Below, one piece after another: positions 51,567-61,546 of a DNA stretch of 64,000 nucleotides (position 1 is its first letter; every line of letters starts with the position of its first letter). Under the pieces are notes generated by a model. That model did not search any database. It saw nothing but the letters and a program-made list of their open reading frames with translations, and had not been told where the DNA came from. This DNA comes from an uncultured Ruminococcus sp. (GTDB taxonomy: Bacteria; Bacillota; Clostridia; Oscillospirales; Acutalibacteraceae), in contig CACYTI010000005.1 of the NCBI GenBank assembly GCA_902777275.1, forward strand, positions 39,813 to 103,812, given 5' to 3'. A program made the position numbers and the translations under genes.

Positions 51567-53930
51567 CTATTTCAGCTCCACAATGGTTACTCCGTCCTCG
51601 CCCTCGCCGAAGGTGCCGAGGCGCTGTGACTTTACCGCCTTGTGACGGCGCAGGAATTGGTTTATCTCGCGGCGCAGCACTCCCGTGCCCTTGCCGTGTA
51701 TTATTGTAATCTTACTCACACCCGAAAGCACTGCGTTGTCGATAGCCTTGTCAACTATCTCAACCGCCTCTACCGCGGTCTGTCCGCGCACGTCTATCTC
51801 GGTTTCGGGGCGCACATCGACCCTGCTCGGCACGTTTCGCGTTGAGGCAAACTTGGGAACGTTCGGCTTGTTCTTTGATTTGAGCAGCCGCAGGTTTTTA
51901 ACGTCTACGCGGGTTTTTATTATGCCCGCCTGAACCAGAACCATTCCGTCCTTGTTCGGCGGAGTGAGCACGGTGGCGTTTTTGTCTATATCATATATGA
52001 GAACCTCGTCGCCCGCTTTAAGGGGACGGGGCAGCTTGTATTCCTCGTCGGGGGTGTTTTTGAGCTTAACGGGGTCGGCGTGAGCCTCCATTTGGTCGAT
52101 GTCCCGCCGCAGCTTTGAACGGCTCTCGGCTGAAAGCTCCTTTTCCCTGCGCGCCTTTTCAAGCTCCTCAACAAGCGCGTCAGCCTGCGCCCTTGTGCGC
52201 GAGATTATCCGCTGTGCCTCCTGCCGCGCGCGCTCGACCTCGCGCTCCGCGTCCTCCCTGGCACGTTTAAGCTCGTTTTCGGCTTTTTGCTTTTCGGTGT
52301 TAGCCTTCGCGGTGAGCCTGTTGGCGTTCTCAACCTGCCGTTCAAGGCTCTGGCGCTGCCTTTCAAGCTTTTCCACAACGTCCTCAAACTGACGGCTCTC
52401 GCCCGAAACAAGCTCCTGAGCGCGCTCCACCACCGCATTATCAAGCCCGAGTCTTTTTGAAATGGCAAAGGCGTTGCTCTTGCCCGGAACTCCGATAAGC
52501 AGGCGGTAGGTCGGCTTTAAGGTCGCAACGTCAAATTCGCAGCAGCCGTTTTCGACTCCCTCGGTGCGCAGTGCAAACTCCTTCAGCTCGGCGTAGTGGG
52601 TCGTAGAGGCAATCTTCGCGTGCCTTTCGCGGAGCTTTTCAAGAATGGCTATCGCGAGAGCCGCGCCCTCGACCGGGTCGGTGCCCGCGCCCAACTCGTC
52701 TATCAGACAGAGCGAGCCGGCGTTGGCAGGCTTCAGGATACGGATTATATTAGTCATGTGAGCCGAAAACGTCGAAAGCGACTGTTCAATGCTCTGCTCG
52801 TCGCCAATATCGACCAACACGCGTCTGAACACGCTGAGCCTGCTGTTGTCGGCGCACGGCACAAGCAGACCGCACATTGCCATGAGCGTGAGCAGTCCGA
52901 GAGTTTTGAGCGTCACGGTCTTGCCGCCCGTATTCGGTCCCGTTATTACAAGTGTGTCAAAGTCAGTACCGAGGGTTATATTCACGGGAACAACCCTGTC
53001 CTTCGGGATGAGCGGGTGACGCGCCTGCTTTAGCTCGACCTCTCCTCTGTCGTTTATGACAGGCATTGTAGCGCGCATCGAGTAAGCCAAATCAGCCTTC
53101 GCGAAAACAAGATTCAACTGCGCGAGGTTCTGATAGCTTCGGATTATCGCGTCGGCAAAATCCCCTGCGTTGGCTGAAAGCTCAAACAGTATCCTCTCGA
53201 TTTCGTCCTCCTCCTTGCCCTTCAACAGGCGAATGTCGTTGTTCGCCTGCACCACGCCCATCGGTTCAATGAATACCGTCTGTCCGCTCGATGATGTGTC
53301 GTGAACAAGTCCGGGCACGTTGCTGCGGCACTCGGCACGGACGGGCACAACATATCTGCCGTCGCGCTGAGTGACGATGGTATCCTGCAAATATTTTATG
53401 TATTTGCTGCTGTGGATTATTTTGTCGAGCACCTCACGCGCCTTTGAAGAGGCTGTGCGGATTTTGCGGCGGATGTCCGAAAGCGTTGTGCTGGCGTTGT
53501 CGGATATCTCGTCCTCGCTTAATATCGCCGAGGTGATTTTGTCCTCGAGAAATTTGTTTGAAACAAGCCCGCTGAAATATCCCCCGAGCGTGGTTTCAAC
53601 CGAAGCGCAGCGCGAGCGCCACTCCTTTACGGTTCTGATGATTCTGAGCGTGCCCGCTATTTTGAGCAGCTCGCCCGCAGTCAGGCAGCCGCCTGCCTGG
53701 GCGCGTCTTAAATAGCCCGCGCAGTTGACGGCTCCTCCGAACGAAGGCGAACCGAAGCGTCCGCTGAGCGCGACCGCGTCGTCGGTCTGTTGCAGCAGCA
53801 GCCGCACCTTTTCGGGATCGGTCTGCGGCTCAAGCGAAAGCGCAAGCTCCTTAGCGTCAGCCAAAACGGTTCGCGCCGCTAACATTTCAAGTATTTTATC
53901 AAGTTCAAGTGTTTGGTAATATTTGTTCAT
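51567..53930 (-). CDS. mutS2: Endonuclease MutS2 (MutS domain + C-terminal Smr)
   Basis: It has Walker A GPNTGGKT and the Smr motif IIHGKGTGVLR. The start was chosen at ATG 53930; an alternative is 53942. Confidence 0.95.
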   Translation of the reverse strand: MNKYYQTLELDKILEMLAARTVLADAKELALSLEPQTDPEKVRLLLQQTDDAVALSGRFGSPSFGGAVNCAGYLRRAQAGGCLTAGELLKIAGTLRIIRTVKEWRSRCASVETTLGGYFSGLVSNKFLEDKITSAILSEDEISDNASTTLSDIRRKIRTASSKAREVLDKIIHSSKYIKYLQDTIVTQRDGRYVVPVRAECRSNVPGLVHDTSSSGQTVFIEPMGVVQANNDIRLLKGKEEDEIERILFELSANAGDFADAIIRSYQNLAQLNLVFAKADLAYSMRATMPVINDRGEVELKQARHPLIPKDRVVPVNITLGTDFDTLVITGPNTGGKTVTLKTLGLLTLMAMCGLLVPCADNSRLSVFRRVLVDIGDEQSIEQSLSTFSAHMTNIIRILKPANAGSLCLIDELGAGTDPVEGAALAIAILEKLRERHAKIASTTHYAELKEFALRTEGVENGCCEFDVATLKPTYRLLIGVPGKSNAFAISKRLGLDNAVVERAQELVSGESRQFEDVVEKLERQRQSLERQVENANRLTAKANTEKQKAENELKRAREDAEREVERARQEAQRIISRTRAQADALVEELEKARREKELSAESRSKLRRDIDQMEAHADPVKLKNTPDEEYKLPRPLKAGDEVLIYDIDKNATVLTPPNKDGMVLVQAGIIKTRVDVKNLRLLKSKNKPNVPKFASTRNVPSRVDVRPETEIDVRGQTAVEAVEIVDKAIDNAVLSGVSKITIIHGKGTGVLRREINQFLRRHKAVKSQRLGTFGEGEDGVTIVELK

Positions 53931-53935
53931 AGTCT

Positions 53936-54679
53936 TTAACATATTGTTTTATAAAATTGAAGTGTTTTAAATTCCTTTTCAAATCGCTGTTTCAGGTATT
54001 CCTCCGAAGCGCGGTTGAGCATATCAAGCCCTTCGTCCGACATGGCGAACGAAAACAGCTTGTCGTCGTCGGCATAGACTGTGTGCCTGAGCGCGGTAAG
54101 AGCCGCCTCGGAAAGCTCAACGGCTCCGCCGGGAGCGGAAGCGCGGCAGTTGCAGCAGGCGATATCGCCCGTCCGTGGAAAAAAGTACATGGTGGGAGCA
54201 GTGTAAACTCCGCAGGATCTGCACATGATAAGATCGGGAAGATAGCCCGCCATAGCTGCAAGCCGCATTTCAAGACAGGGCTTGACAAGCTTTTCCGACC
54301 GCTTGCCCGTGTCTATGAGATAGAGCGAGTTCAGCATAAGGCTGAGATATTTTTCGGAGCTTTTCCCCTGCGGACAGGCGGTGAGCGCAAGCTCGCAGAA
54401 ATACTGCGCAAGACACATTTTTTTAACGTCGCCGCGCAGGCCGTGAAAGACATGAAGCGTTCGCGCGTCGCCCACGGAATAGCTTTCGCGCCCTGTGTGG
54501 AACGTGAGCGCCGAATAGCTGAGCAAAGCGGTGGCGGCGCTTTTGCCGTCCTTAATGCTCTTGGCTCCGCGCGCGAACGCCTTTATCACGCCGTCGGACT
54601 TTGTGAGAACGTGAATAAGCTTGTCGTTCTCACGAATATTCTGCTCCCTGATAATCAAACCCTCTGTGCGGAACTTCAT
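53936..54679 (-). CDS. recO: DNA repair protein RecO
   Basis: It has an OB-fold N-terminus (TEGLIIREQNIRENDKLIHVLT) and a Cys4 zinc motif (CRSCG..CCNC). Confidence 0.9.
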   Translation of the reverse strand: MKFRTEGLIIREQNIRENDKLIHVLTKSDGVIKAFARGAKSIKDGKSAATALLSYSALTFHTGRESYSVGDARTLHVFHGLRGDVKKMCLAQYFCELALTACPQGKSSEKYLSLMLNSLYLIDTGKRSEKLVKPCLEMRLAAMAGYLPDLIMCRSCGVYTAPTMYFFPRTGDIACCNCRASAPGGAVELSEAALTALRHTVYADDDKLFSFAMSDEGLDMLNRASEEYLKQRFEKEFKTLQFYKTIC

Positions 54680-54803
54680 CGGTTTCCTCCCGCTTCGGCG
54701 CGCCCGCGCCCGTGTCCTTCATTTCCTGTGCCTGCTTGTAAGCGATATAATCAAGCGCGCTGCCCGAATTGATAAACAGCCGCCAACGGTTCAGTTCGTC
54801 CAT
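54630..54803 (-). CDS. YqzL-like small protein
   Basis: The call rests on WRLFINSGSALDYIAYKQ (a YqzL-type motif), a GGAGGTG SD and its conserved position upstream of recO. It overlaps the recO start by 50 nt. Confidence 0.5.
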   Translation of the reverse strand: MDELNRWRLFINSGSALDYIAYKQAQEMKDTGAGAPKREETDEVPHRGFDYQGAEYS

Positions 54804-54985
54804 GCCAACACCTCCGCAAAACAGTGTTTGCAAAGATCATCGGTTTATAAACTGAAAATTTTTCCTTTTTCAGGCACCCTTCATATTTATTATAATTAAT
54901 TATCATAAATATGTCAACGGTCGGCGGCGTGACGCTGCATATAGTCCGCGCTCCAAACGTTTTACACAAACTTTATCGCTATTCC

Positions 54986-55063
54986 CGCGTTATGACGCGG
55001 CGTTTACGGAAGGTTATCTTTATACGTCACTATCAAAAGCCGCCGAAAGCGCCCACCGGCGCA
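54986..55063 (+). repeat. R3 element copy b
   Basis: It reads CGCGTTATGACGCGGCGTTTACGGAAGGTTATCTTTATACGTCACTATCAAAAGCCGCCGAAAGCGCCCACCGGCGCA. Confidence 0.85.
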
Positions 55064-55145
55064 ATCCCTGTCCTTTTCGCGACACATCCCCTTGAATTAT
55101 TACGCGTTTTGTGATATCCTCAACATATAAAAAGGAGGAATATTG

Positions 55146-55928
55146 ATGAAAACGGTCTTAACGATATTGCGCACCTTTGGAGTAGTCGCCGCCGCGCTTA
55201 TGCTGCTGTGGTTTATCGCGCCGATCGCGCGTTACGGATTAATAAACATCGGCAACATAACGGGGATCGTGCTTTGCGTATGGACGATTCTGATGTGCAT
55301 CGCGCCCGTGCAAAGGTGGATCTCCAAAAAGTGCAAAAGGTTTTTGGCGACCAAAATACTGTACAGGGCTGTCTGTGTGATATACACGGTCATCATGGTT
55401 TACGGAGCCGCCGCGACCGCCGCTATACTTTTTTACGCGTCAAGCGCACCCGAGCCGGACTCGACAGTGCTCGTGCTCGGAGCCTATGTCAGTCCTTCGG
55501 GTTATCCCTCAAAAATCCTGAACGGAAGAATAAAGGCGGCTGAGAATTACCTTAACGAACACCCGAACGCGAATGCGGTGCTGAGCGGCGGCAAGGGCAG
55601 CGACGAGGTGATAAGCGAAGCGGAATGTATGTACAACACCATGACGGCTGACGGGATCGCGCCCGAACGACTGTTCATGGAGGACAGGGCGACAAACACT
55701 GCTGAAAATTTCCGTTATTCAATGGAAATCATTAAGGAAAACGGGCTGAACGAAAACTTAGCCGTAGTAACCGACGGTTTTCATCAGCTCCGCGCCCGTC
55801 TGATATCGGACAGAGCCGGCTACGATGTAAAAACAGGAGCCGTAAACGCCCAAACAGAGCCGATTTTCATTCCGACTTACATAGTAAGAGAGTGGTTCGC
55901 ATTGCCGACGGTTTTCTTTAAGAACTAA
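55146..55928 (+). CDS. YdcF/DUF218 (SanA/ElyC-like) membrane-anchored protein
   Basis: It carries VLVLGAYV, LSGGKG, TNTAENF and VVTDGFHQLRA. An AAGGAGG SD precedes it. Confidence 0.8.
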   Translation: MKTVLTILRTFGVVAAALMLLWFIAPIARYGLINIGNITGIVLCVWTILMCIAPVQRWISKKCKRFLATKILYRAVCVIYTVIMVYGAAATAAILFYASSAPEPDSTVLVLGAYVSPSGYPSKILNGRIKAAENYLNEHPNANAVLSGGKGSDEVISEAECMYNTMTADGIAPERLFMEDRATNTAENFRYSMEIIKENGLNENLAVVTDGFHQLRARLISDRAGYDVKTGAVNAQTEPIFIPTYIVREWFALPTVFFKN

Positions 55929-55941
55929 AACGCCCATAAAA

Positions 55942-56000
55942 AAATCCCTTTCTTCACAATCACGCGTCAGGCGCGGTGGTGAAGGAAGGGATTTATTTTA
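55942..56000. terminator. Bidirectional terminator, R7-related stem (AAATCCCTTTCTTCAC / GTGAAGGAAGGGATTT)
   Basis: It has a 16-bp stem with one G-T pair. The loop contains CGCG-TCAGG-CGCG. A/T runs lie on both sides. Confidence 0.75.
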
Positions 56001-56008
56001 CATAATAG

Positions 56009-56800
56009 TCACTGTGTCAGGTGTGCCGTTCCTATTTTTCTGAATCTTGCGTAGCGCTGTTCGGTGAGGCGGTCGGTCGGCAATGCAAGGTTTTTTTCGA
56101 GCGTTCTGCAGATCAGCATTTTAAGACTTTCGAACATCGCGGCGTCCTCGGCTTTGGGCTGTCGGATAATACGCTCCACTACGCCCAAATCGAACAGATC
56201 CTGCGCGGTCATTTTTAGCGCTTCGGCTGCCTGCGGCGCTTTTGAGCTGTCCTTCCAAAGTATCGAGGCGCAGCCCTCGGGGGATATCACTGAATAAACC
56301 GAGTTCTCCATCATCCAGACCTCGTCCGACACCGCTAAAGCCAGCGCTCCGCCGCTGCCGCCCTCGCCGATAAGGATCGTCAGCACGGGGGTTTTGAGCG
56401 TCATCATCTCCATGAGGTTCTCGGCGATCGCCTGCCCCTGTCCGCGCTCCTCCGCTCCGATTCCAGGATAGGCTCCGCTTGTGTCAACAAGACAGAGCAC
56501 GGGACGGTGGAATTTTTCAGCCTGCTTCATAAGCCTGAGCGCCTTGCGGTAGCCCTCAGGCTGAGCCTGACCGAAGTTGCGCTCGACGCGCTCCTTTGTG
56601 TTTCTTCCCTTTTCAATGCCGATAATGGTGAGCGGCATATCGTAGAGCATGGCAAGCCCCGCCACGATAGCTTTGTCGTCGGCAAACCGCCTGTCGCCGT
56701 GAAGCTCGATAAAGCTGTCGCTGAACATTCGCGCTATATAATCAACGGCGGTCAGCTTTTTCGCGTCGCGCGCCGCCATTACCTTTTCATAAGCTGTCAT
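56009..56800 (-). CDS. accA: Acetyl-CoA carboxylase carboxyltransferase subunit alpha
   Basis: It shows full-length similarity (..[13 protein letters not shown]..). Confidence 0.95.
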   Translation of the reverse strand: MTAYEKVMAARDAKKLTAVDYIARMFSDSFIELHGDRRFADDKAIVAGLAMLYDMPLTIIGIEKGRNTKERVERNFGQAQPEGYRKALRLMKQAEKFHRPVLCLVDTSGAYPGIGAEERGQGQAIAENLMEMMTLKTPVLTILIGEGGSGGALALAVSDEVWMMENSVYSVISPEGCASILWKDSSKAPQAAEALKMTAQDLFDLGVVERIIRQPKAEDAAMFESLKMLICRTLEKNLALPTDRLTEQRYARFRKIGTAHLTQ

Positions 56801-57666
56801 TGCGCCGCCTCCTTATTCTCCTTATAACCGTGTATTTTCAGCAGACGGGTGATCGTCGCCTTGAGCTTGTCACGGCTGACAACAGCGTCTATAAAACCCT
56901 TTTGCAGCACAAACTCGGAGGTCTGGAAGTCCTTCGGAAGCTTCTGTCGCATTGTCTGCTCGATAACTCTGGGACCCGCGAACGCCACAAGGGTGTTCGG
57001 CTCGGCTAAAATTATGTCGCCCTCCATTGCGAAGGACGCGGTAACTCCGCCCGTTGTGGGGTCGGTCAGCACCGTGATATACAAAAGCCCCGCGTCGCTG
57101 TGACGCTTTACGGCTCCCGAGGTCTTTGCCATTTGCATAAGCGACAAAATGCCCTCCTGCATTCTCGCGCCGCCCGAAACCGTGCAGGCAACAACGGGCA
57201 GACTGTTTTCGGTAGCGTATTCAAACGCGCGGGTGATTTTTTCGCCCGTCACGGTGCCCATGCTGCCCATCATAAAGCCTGCGTTCATAACGCAGAGCAC
57301 TGTTTTTATGCCGCCTATAAGACATTCGCCGCAGACAACGGATTCTTTTCCCGATTCCCTCGCCTTTTCTAACTTTTGGTCATAGCCCGGAAAATCCAGA
57401 ATATTCCCGCCCGAAAGCTCGCTGTCGCGCTCAACAAAGCTGTCGCTGTCAGCCAAAATATCTATGCGCTGCTTAGTGCTTATTCTGAAATGGTGGTCAC
57501 AGTGAGTGCAAACGTTGAAATTCTCCTCTAAATCGGTGGTGAGGAGCATTGTGTTGCATTTGGGGCATTTTGTCCACATTTCATCAGGCACAAACGGCAC
57601 ATTCTGCTTGGCGTCGGTAGTGGTCTCCAACTCATTTTTCGGTTTTACAAAGGAAAATAAATCCAT
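56797..57666 (-). CDS. accD: Acetyl-CoA carboxylase carboxyltransferase subunit beta
   Basis: It has the N-terminal Zn ribbon CPKC..CTHC. The start is ATG 57666. It overlaps accA by ATGA. Confidence 0.95.
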   Translation of the reverse strand: MDLFSFVKPKNELETTTDAKQNVPFVPDEMWTKCPKCNTMLLTTDLEENFNVCTHCDHHFRISTKQRIDILADSDSFVERDSELSGGNILDFPGYDQKLEKARESGKESVVCGECLIGGIKTVLCVMNAGFMMGSMGTVTGEKITRAFEYATENSLPVVACTVSGGARMQEGILSLMQMAKTSGAVKRHSDAGLLYITVLTDPTTGGVTASFAMEGDIILAEPNTLVAFAGPRVIEQTMRQKLPKDFQTSEFVLQKGFIDAVVSRDKLKATITRLLKIHGYKENKEAAQ

Positions 57667-57727
57667 ATCGGTACCCTTCCTTCCGGACACAGCTTACGGG
57701 AGCTTCAAAACCGAAGTTCCCGTATAA

Positions 57728-59083
57728 TTATGTTCTTTTTCTCCGTTCGTTCTCGAAATCCTGCATAAAATCGGTTGTATACTCGCCGCTGACAAATCTC
57801 TCGTCAGAGAGGATCTCCGCAAGAAGGTCGCGGTTTATGTCGATTCCGTCGATGGTCAGCTCGGACAGCGCCATCTTCATTTTGCGGATCGCCGCGGCAC
57901 GGCTGCGCGCCTGAACGATAAGCTTTCCGATCATTGAATCGTAATAAGGAGGAATTACGTAATCCTGGTAAACGGCTGTGTCAAAGCGCACAAAGCTTCC
58001 TCCCGGAGTGTGGAGCCTGCGGATAGCGCCGCAGCTCGGACGATAACCCTTGTCGGGGTTTTCGGCGTTTATACGGCATTCTATCACGTTGCCGTGTGTA
58101 AAAATGCTGTCCTGCGTGCGGGTCAGCCTCGCGCCGGCGGCAATTCTGATTTGCCACTGAACGATGTCGAGCCCCGTGACCATTTCGGTCACGCCGTGCT
58201 CAACCTGCAAACGGGTGTTCATCTCCATAAAATAGAAGTTGCTGTCGCGGTCGAGCAAAAATTCCACAGTGCCCGCGTTTACGTAATTGACCGCCTTTGC
58301 CGCCTTGACCGCTGCCGCCATCATCTTTTTGCGGGTATTTTCGTCGAGTGCCGGGCTTGGACTTTCCTCGATCATCTTTTGGTTTTTGCGCTGAACCGAG
58401 CACTCGCGCTCGCCCAGACAGATAGTGTTGTTGTAGTTATCGCAAAGCAGCTGCATTTCAATGTGCTTTACCGGGTGTATGAATTTTTCCAGATAGCACG
58501 CGCCGTCGCCAAACGCCGACTTTGCCTCGGCGCTTGCGGCAAGAAAAGCCTCCTCAAAGCGATCCATTGAATCGACGCGGCGGATACCGCGTCCGCCGCC
58601 TCCGGAGCGCGCTTTTATGAGGAGAGGGAACCCGATCCTCAGCGCTTCAGCCACGGCACGCTCTACATTCTCCACAACGTCGCTGCCGGGAGTAACTGGC
58701 ACGCCCGCCGCGCGCATCGTTTTGCGCGCCATATCCTTGTCGCCGAGCATGGCGATCATTTTTGAGGTGGGCCCTATAAAGCTGATGTTGCACTGCTCGC
58801 AGAGCGAAACAAACTTGGCGTTCTCGCTAAGCAGACCGTAGCCGGGGTGGATAGCCTGAGCGCCGCTCTCGACAGCCACTGTCAGAATTGCGGGGATATT
58901 GAGATAGCTTTCAAACACGCGGTTGCCGCCCACGCAATAGCTCTCGTCGGCAAGCTGAACGTGCATGGCGTCTCTGTCCGCCTTTGAATAGATCGCGACG
59001 GTTGAAATGCCCATCTCGCGGCAGGCGCGTATGATCCGGACGGCGATTTCGCCCCGGTTGGCAATCAATATTTTTGAAAACAT
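57728..59083 (-). CDS. accC: Biotin carboxylase
   Basis: It begins MFSKILIANRGEIAVRIIRA and has an ATP-grasp fold at full length. Confidence 0.97.
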   Translation of the reverse strand: MFSKILIANRGEIAVRIIRACREMGISTVAIYSKADRDAMHVQLADESYCVGGNRVFESYLNIPAILTVAVESGAQAIHPGYGLLSENAKFVSLCEQCNISFIGPTSKMIAMLGDKDMARKTMRAAGVPVTPGSDVVENVERAVAEALRIGFPLLIKARSGGGGRGIRRVDSMDRFEEAFLAASAEAKSAFGDGACYLEKFIHPVKHIEMQLLCDNYNNTICLGERECSVQRKNQKMIEESPSPALDENTRKKMMAAAVKAAKAVNYVNAGTVEFLLDRDSNFYFMEMNTRLQVEHGVTEMVTGLDIVQWQIRIAAGARLTRTQDSIFTHGNVIECRINAENPDKGYRPSCGAIRRLHTPGGSFVRFDTAVYQDYVIPPYYDSMIGKLIVQARSRAAAIRKMKMALSELTIDGIDINRDLLAEILSDERFVSGEYTTDFMQDFENERRKRT

Positions 59084-59101
59084 ACTTTCACATCCGGTGA
59101 G

Positions 59102-59524
59102 TTATTTTTCATTGGGGACAAGCGCGAAAGAAAGCTCGGCGCTGACGCAAAGCTTTCCGTCAACATAACCCTTCGCGCCGATAAAATAAAACGCGCCTCT
59201 GCTTCTTGTAAGCGTGCAAACGCTTTCGAGCGTGTCGCCCGGCTTTACGGGATTTTTGAACTTCACATTGTCCATTTTTGTAAAATAGGGCGTGCAGTCG
59301 CTGACCTTATCGGCGAGCAGACAGCAGCTTGCCTGACCCATCATCTCGCAGAGGATCACGCCGGGAACAACGGGATTGCCGGGAAAGTGTCCCTGCAAAA
59401 AGAACTCGTCGCCCCTTACGGTGTATTTTCCGCGCGCGGTGTTCTCGTCAAGCATTTCGGATTCCTCAACCAGCAGCATATTGTCGCGGTGAGGCAATAT
59501 TTTCATTATTTCCTGTTGATTCAT
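59102..59524 (-). CDS. fabZ: 3-hydroxyacyl-ACP dehydratase
   Basis: It carries ILPHRDNMLLV..HFPGNPVVPGVL. The start is ATG 59524; an alternative is 59542. Confidence 0.95.
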   Translation of the reverse strand: MNQQEIMKILPHRDNMLLVEESEMLDENTARGKYTVRGDEFFLQGHFPGNPVVPGVILCEMMGQASCCLLADKVSDCTPYFTKMDNVKFKNPVKPGDTLESVCTLTRSRGAFYFIGAKGYVDGKLCVSAELSFALVPNEK

Positions 59525-59538
59525 TTTTTCTCCAATCG

Positions 59539-59982
59539 TCATTTAACCGAAAACAGCGGTTGGTCGAACTCAACCAAATCTCCGTTTTTAACGAGCACGT
59601 CAGTGATTTCGCCGTCCTCCTCAGCCTGAATCTCGTTCATGCACTTCATCGCCTCTATAATGCAGACGGTGTCGCCCTTTCTCACTTTTCTGCCCGGCAG
59701 CACATAAGGCTCGGCTGAAGGCGAAGGCGCGGAGTAAAACACGCCGACTATCGGGGCGTTGATGGTTTTGCCTCTTTCCGCCTTAACCACTGCAGGCTCC
59801 GTCTGGGGCTGCTGAACGGCAGAGGCTACCGGCTGACCGGCAGGAGCGGGCTGAACCGCCTGCGCTGCGGATTCCGCCTTTTCGAGCCTTACCCTGTTTT
59901 CTCCCGCCTGGACCTCAAGCACACGGAGAGAGGATCCCTCAAGAAGCGCTATCAATTCCTTTATTTCATCAATATTGTACAT
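59539..59982 (-). CDS. accB: Biotin carboxyl carrier protein
   Basis: The biotinylation motif reads EAMKCMNEI. An Ala/Pro/Gln linker is present. Confidence 0.9.
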   Translation of the reverse strand: MYNIDEIKELIALLEGSSLRVLEVQAGENRVRLEKAESAAQAVQPAPAGQPVASAVQQPQTEPAVVKAERGKTINAPIVGVFYSAPSPSAEPYVLPGRKVRKGDTVCIIEAMKCMNEIQAEEDGEITDVLVKNGDLVEFDQPLFSVK

Positions 59983-59999
59983 ATATCACCGCCCGCCTT

Positions 60000-61235
60000 T
60001 CAATCACTTATCTTTTTGAAAACAACGCAGGCGTCGTGACCGCCGAAGCCGAGATTGGTTGAAACGGCAACATCAACGTCGCGCTTTTTGGCTGTTTTCG
60101 GGGTGTAATCAAGGTCAAGCCCCTCGTCGGGCTCATCAAGATTGATAGTAGGCGGAATAACGCCCTTTTCAAGCGCCTTAACAGCCGCGATAGCTTCAAT
60201 AGCGCCCGTCGCGCCAAGCATATGACCCGTCATGGACTTTGTTGAGCTTATGCTCGCGTCGTAAGCCCTGCTGCCGAGAGCCTTTTTTATCGCTACAGTC
60301 TCGGTAAGGTCGTTCAGGTGGGTGCTTGTGCCGTGGGCGTTTATATAGATTTGAGCGTCCTCGGGGACGTTCGCCTCGGCAAACGCTATTTTTATCGCTT
60401 CGGCAAGACCGTCGCCCTCGGGATCGGGAGCCGTTACATGGTGAGCGTCGCAGGTGTTGCCGTAGCCGCAGAACTCGGCGTAAATCTTGGCGCCGCGCGC
60501 CTTAGCGTGCTCGTACTCCTCGAGAATGAGCACCCCCGCTCCCTCGCCCATTACAAAGCCGTTTCTGTCCTTGTCAAAGGGACGGGAAGCAGTTTTGGGG
60601 TCGGGGCAGGTGGAAAGCGCCTTCATGTTCTGGAAGCCCGCGATAGTGAGCCTTGACACGACAGCCTCGGCTCCGCCCGCAATGACCGCGTCTGCGTAGC
60701 CGTCCTTTACGGCGTGGAACGCCTCTCCTATCGAGTTGGTGCCCGTGGCACAGGCGCTCATGACCGAGAGCGTAACGCCCTTGGCGCCGAAGCGGATAGC
60801 CGCGTTACCCGTGGCTATATTGCCTATCATCATGGGAATGAAGAACGGGCTGACCTTTCGGGGACCGCCGCGTTCGAATCCAACCACGTTTTCTACGAAT
60901 GTATTAAGACCGCCGATTCCCGCGCCGATGTAAACACCGAAGCGTTTTTCGTCGATATGACCGAGAATGCCGCTGTCATCAACCGCCTGCTGTGCCGCCG
61001 CTAAAGCGTATCGGCAGTAGATATCAAGCTTTTTGGCTTCTCTTTTTTCAAAATAAAGCTCGGGCTGAAAATTCTTTACCGTGCCCGCTATATGAACCTT
61101 TAAGTCAGAGGTATCAAACGCGGTTATCTCGTCAATGCCGCACACGCCGTTGACCATGTTTTCCCACATGGTTTCAACGTCGTTGCCGACGGGACTTATC
61201 GCGCCCAAACCCGTGACAGCTACTCGTCTGCTCAT
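60000..61235 (-). CDS. fabF: 3-oxoacyl-ACP synthase II
   Basis: It has a Cys-His-His triad context (..SACATG.., ..NAHGTST.., ..GFGGHDA..). Confidence 0.97.
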   Translation of the reverse strand: MSRRVAVTGLGAISPVGNDVETMWENMVNGVCGIDEITAFDTSDLKVHIAGTVKNFQPELYFEKREAKKLDIYCRYALAAAQQAVDDSGILGHIDEKRFGVYIGAGIGGLNTFVENVVGFERGGPRKVSPFFIPMMIGNIATGNAAIRFGAKGVTLSVMSACATGTNSIGEAFHAVKDGYADAVIAGGAEAVVSRLTIAGFQNMKALSTCPDPKTASRPFDKDRNGFVMGEGAGVLILEEYEHAKARGAKIYAEFCGYGNTCDAHHVTAPDPEGDGLAEAIKIAFAEANVPEDAQIYINAHGTSTHLNDLTETVAIKKALGSRAYDASISSTKSMTGHMLGATGAIEAIAAVKALEKGVIPPTINLDEPDEGLDLDYTPKTAKKRDVDVAVSTNLGFGGHDACVVFKKISD

Positions 61236-61263
61236 GTTATCACTTCCGGTTTTATATTTTTAG

Positions 61264-61293
61264 TTTGGAGAGTGGAGTTTGGAGAGTGGAGTT
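61264..61293 (-). repeat. R4 flank module, tandem (TTTGGAGAGTGGAGT x2)
   Basis: It is the inverted partner of 61512-61545. Together they bracket R1 copy 61329-61445. Confidence 0.8.
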
Positions 61294-61328
61294 ACGCCGG
61301 TGGGAAAAATGCCGTTAATCTTTTGGTC

Positions 61329-61445
61329 GTAGGGGCGCACCCATGTGTGCGCCCGAGGGCGTTGAACAAAACGTTTGCGTTCCTATCAACAAACGGACGG
61401 GAAATAAACGTCGGTGCAAGGGCGAACACGCGGGTTCGCCCCTAC
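61329..61445 (+). repeat. R1 (REPIN-like) copy inside the fab operon
   Basis: The sequence is GTAGGGGCGCACCCATGTGTGCGCCC - core - GGGCGAACACGCGGGTTCGCCCCTAC. Confidence 0.9.
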
Positions 61446-61511
61446 GATGTCAAGGTAAAGCTTGCTATGAATTTCACCCTTACTGCCGCAGAGACAGCCG
61501 TAGCCGACCGA

Positions 61512-61545
61512 CAACTCAACTCTCCACTCTCCACACTCTACACTC
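61512..61545 (+). repeat. R4 flank module (CAACTCAACTCTCCACTCTCCACACTCTACACTC)
   Basis: It ends 1 nt before the fabG stop codon. Confidence 0.8.
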
Positions 61546-61546
61546 T

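Noticed and set aside
54630-54679. The 50-nt overlap between the YqzL-like ORF and recO as a sign of a frameshift or pseudogene.
   Set aside because: Both reading frames are intact with their own SD and start. The RecO N-terminus matches the family from its first residues. The overlap more likely reflects an extended C-terminus of the small ORF or a mis-called small gene.
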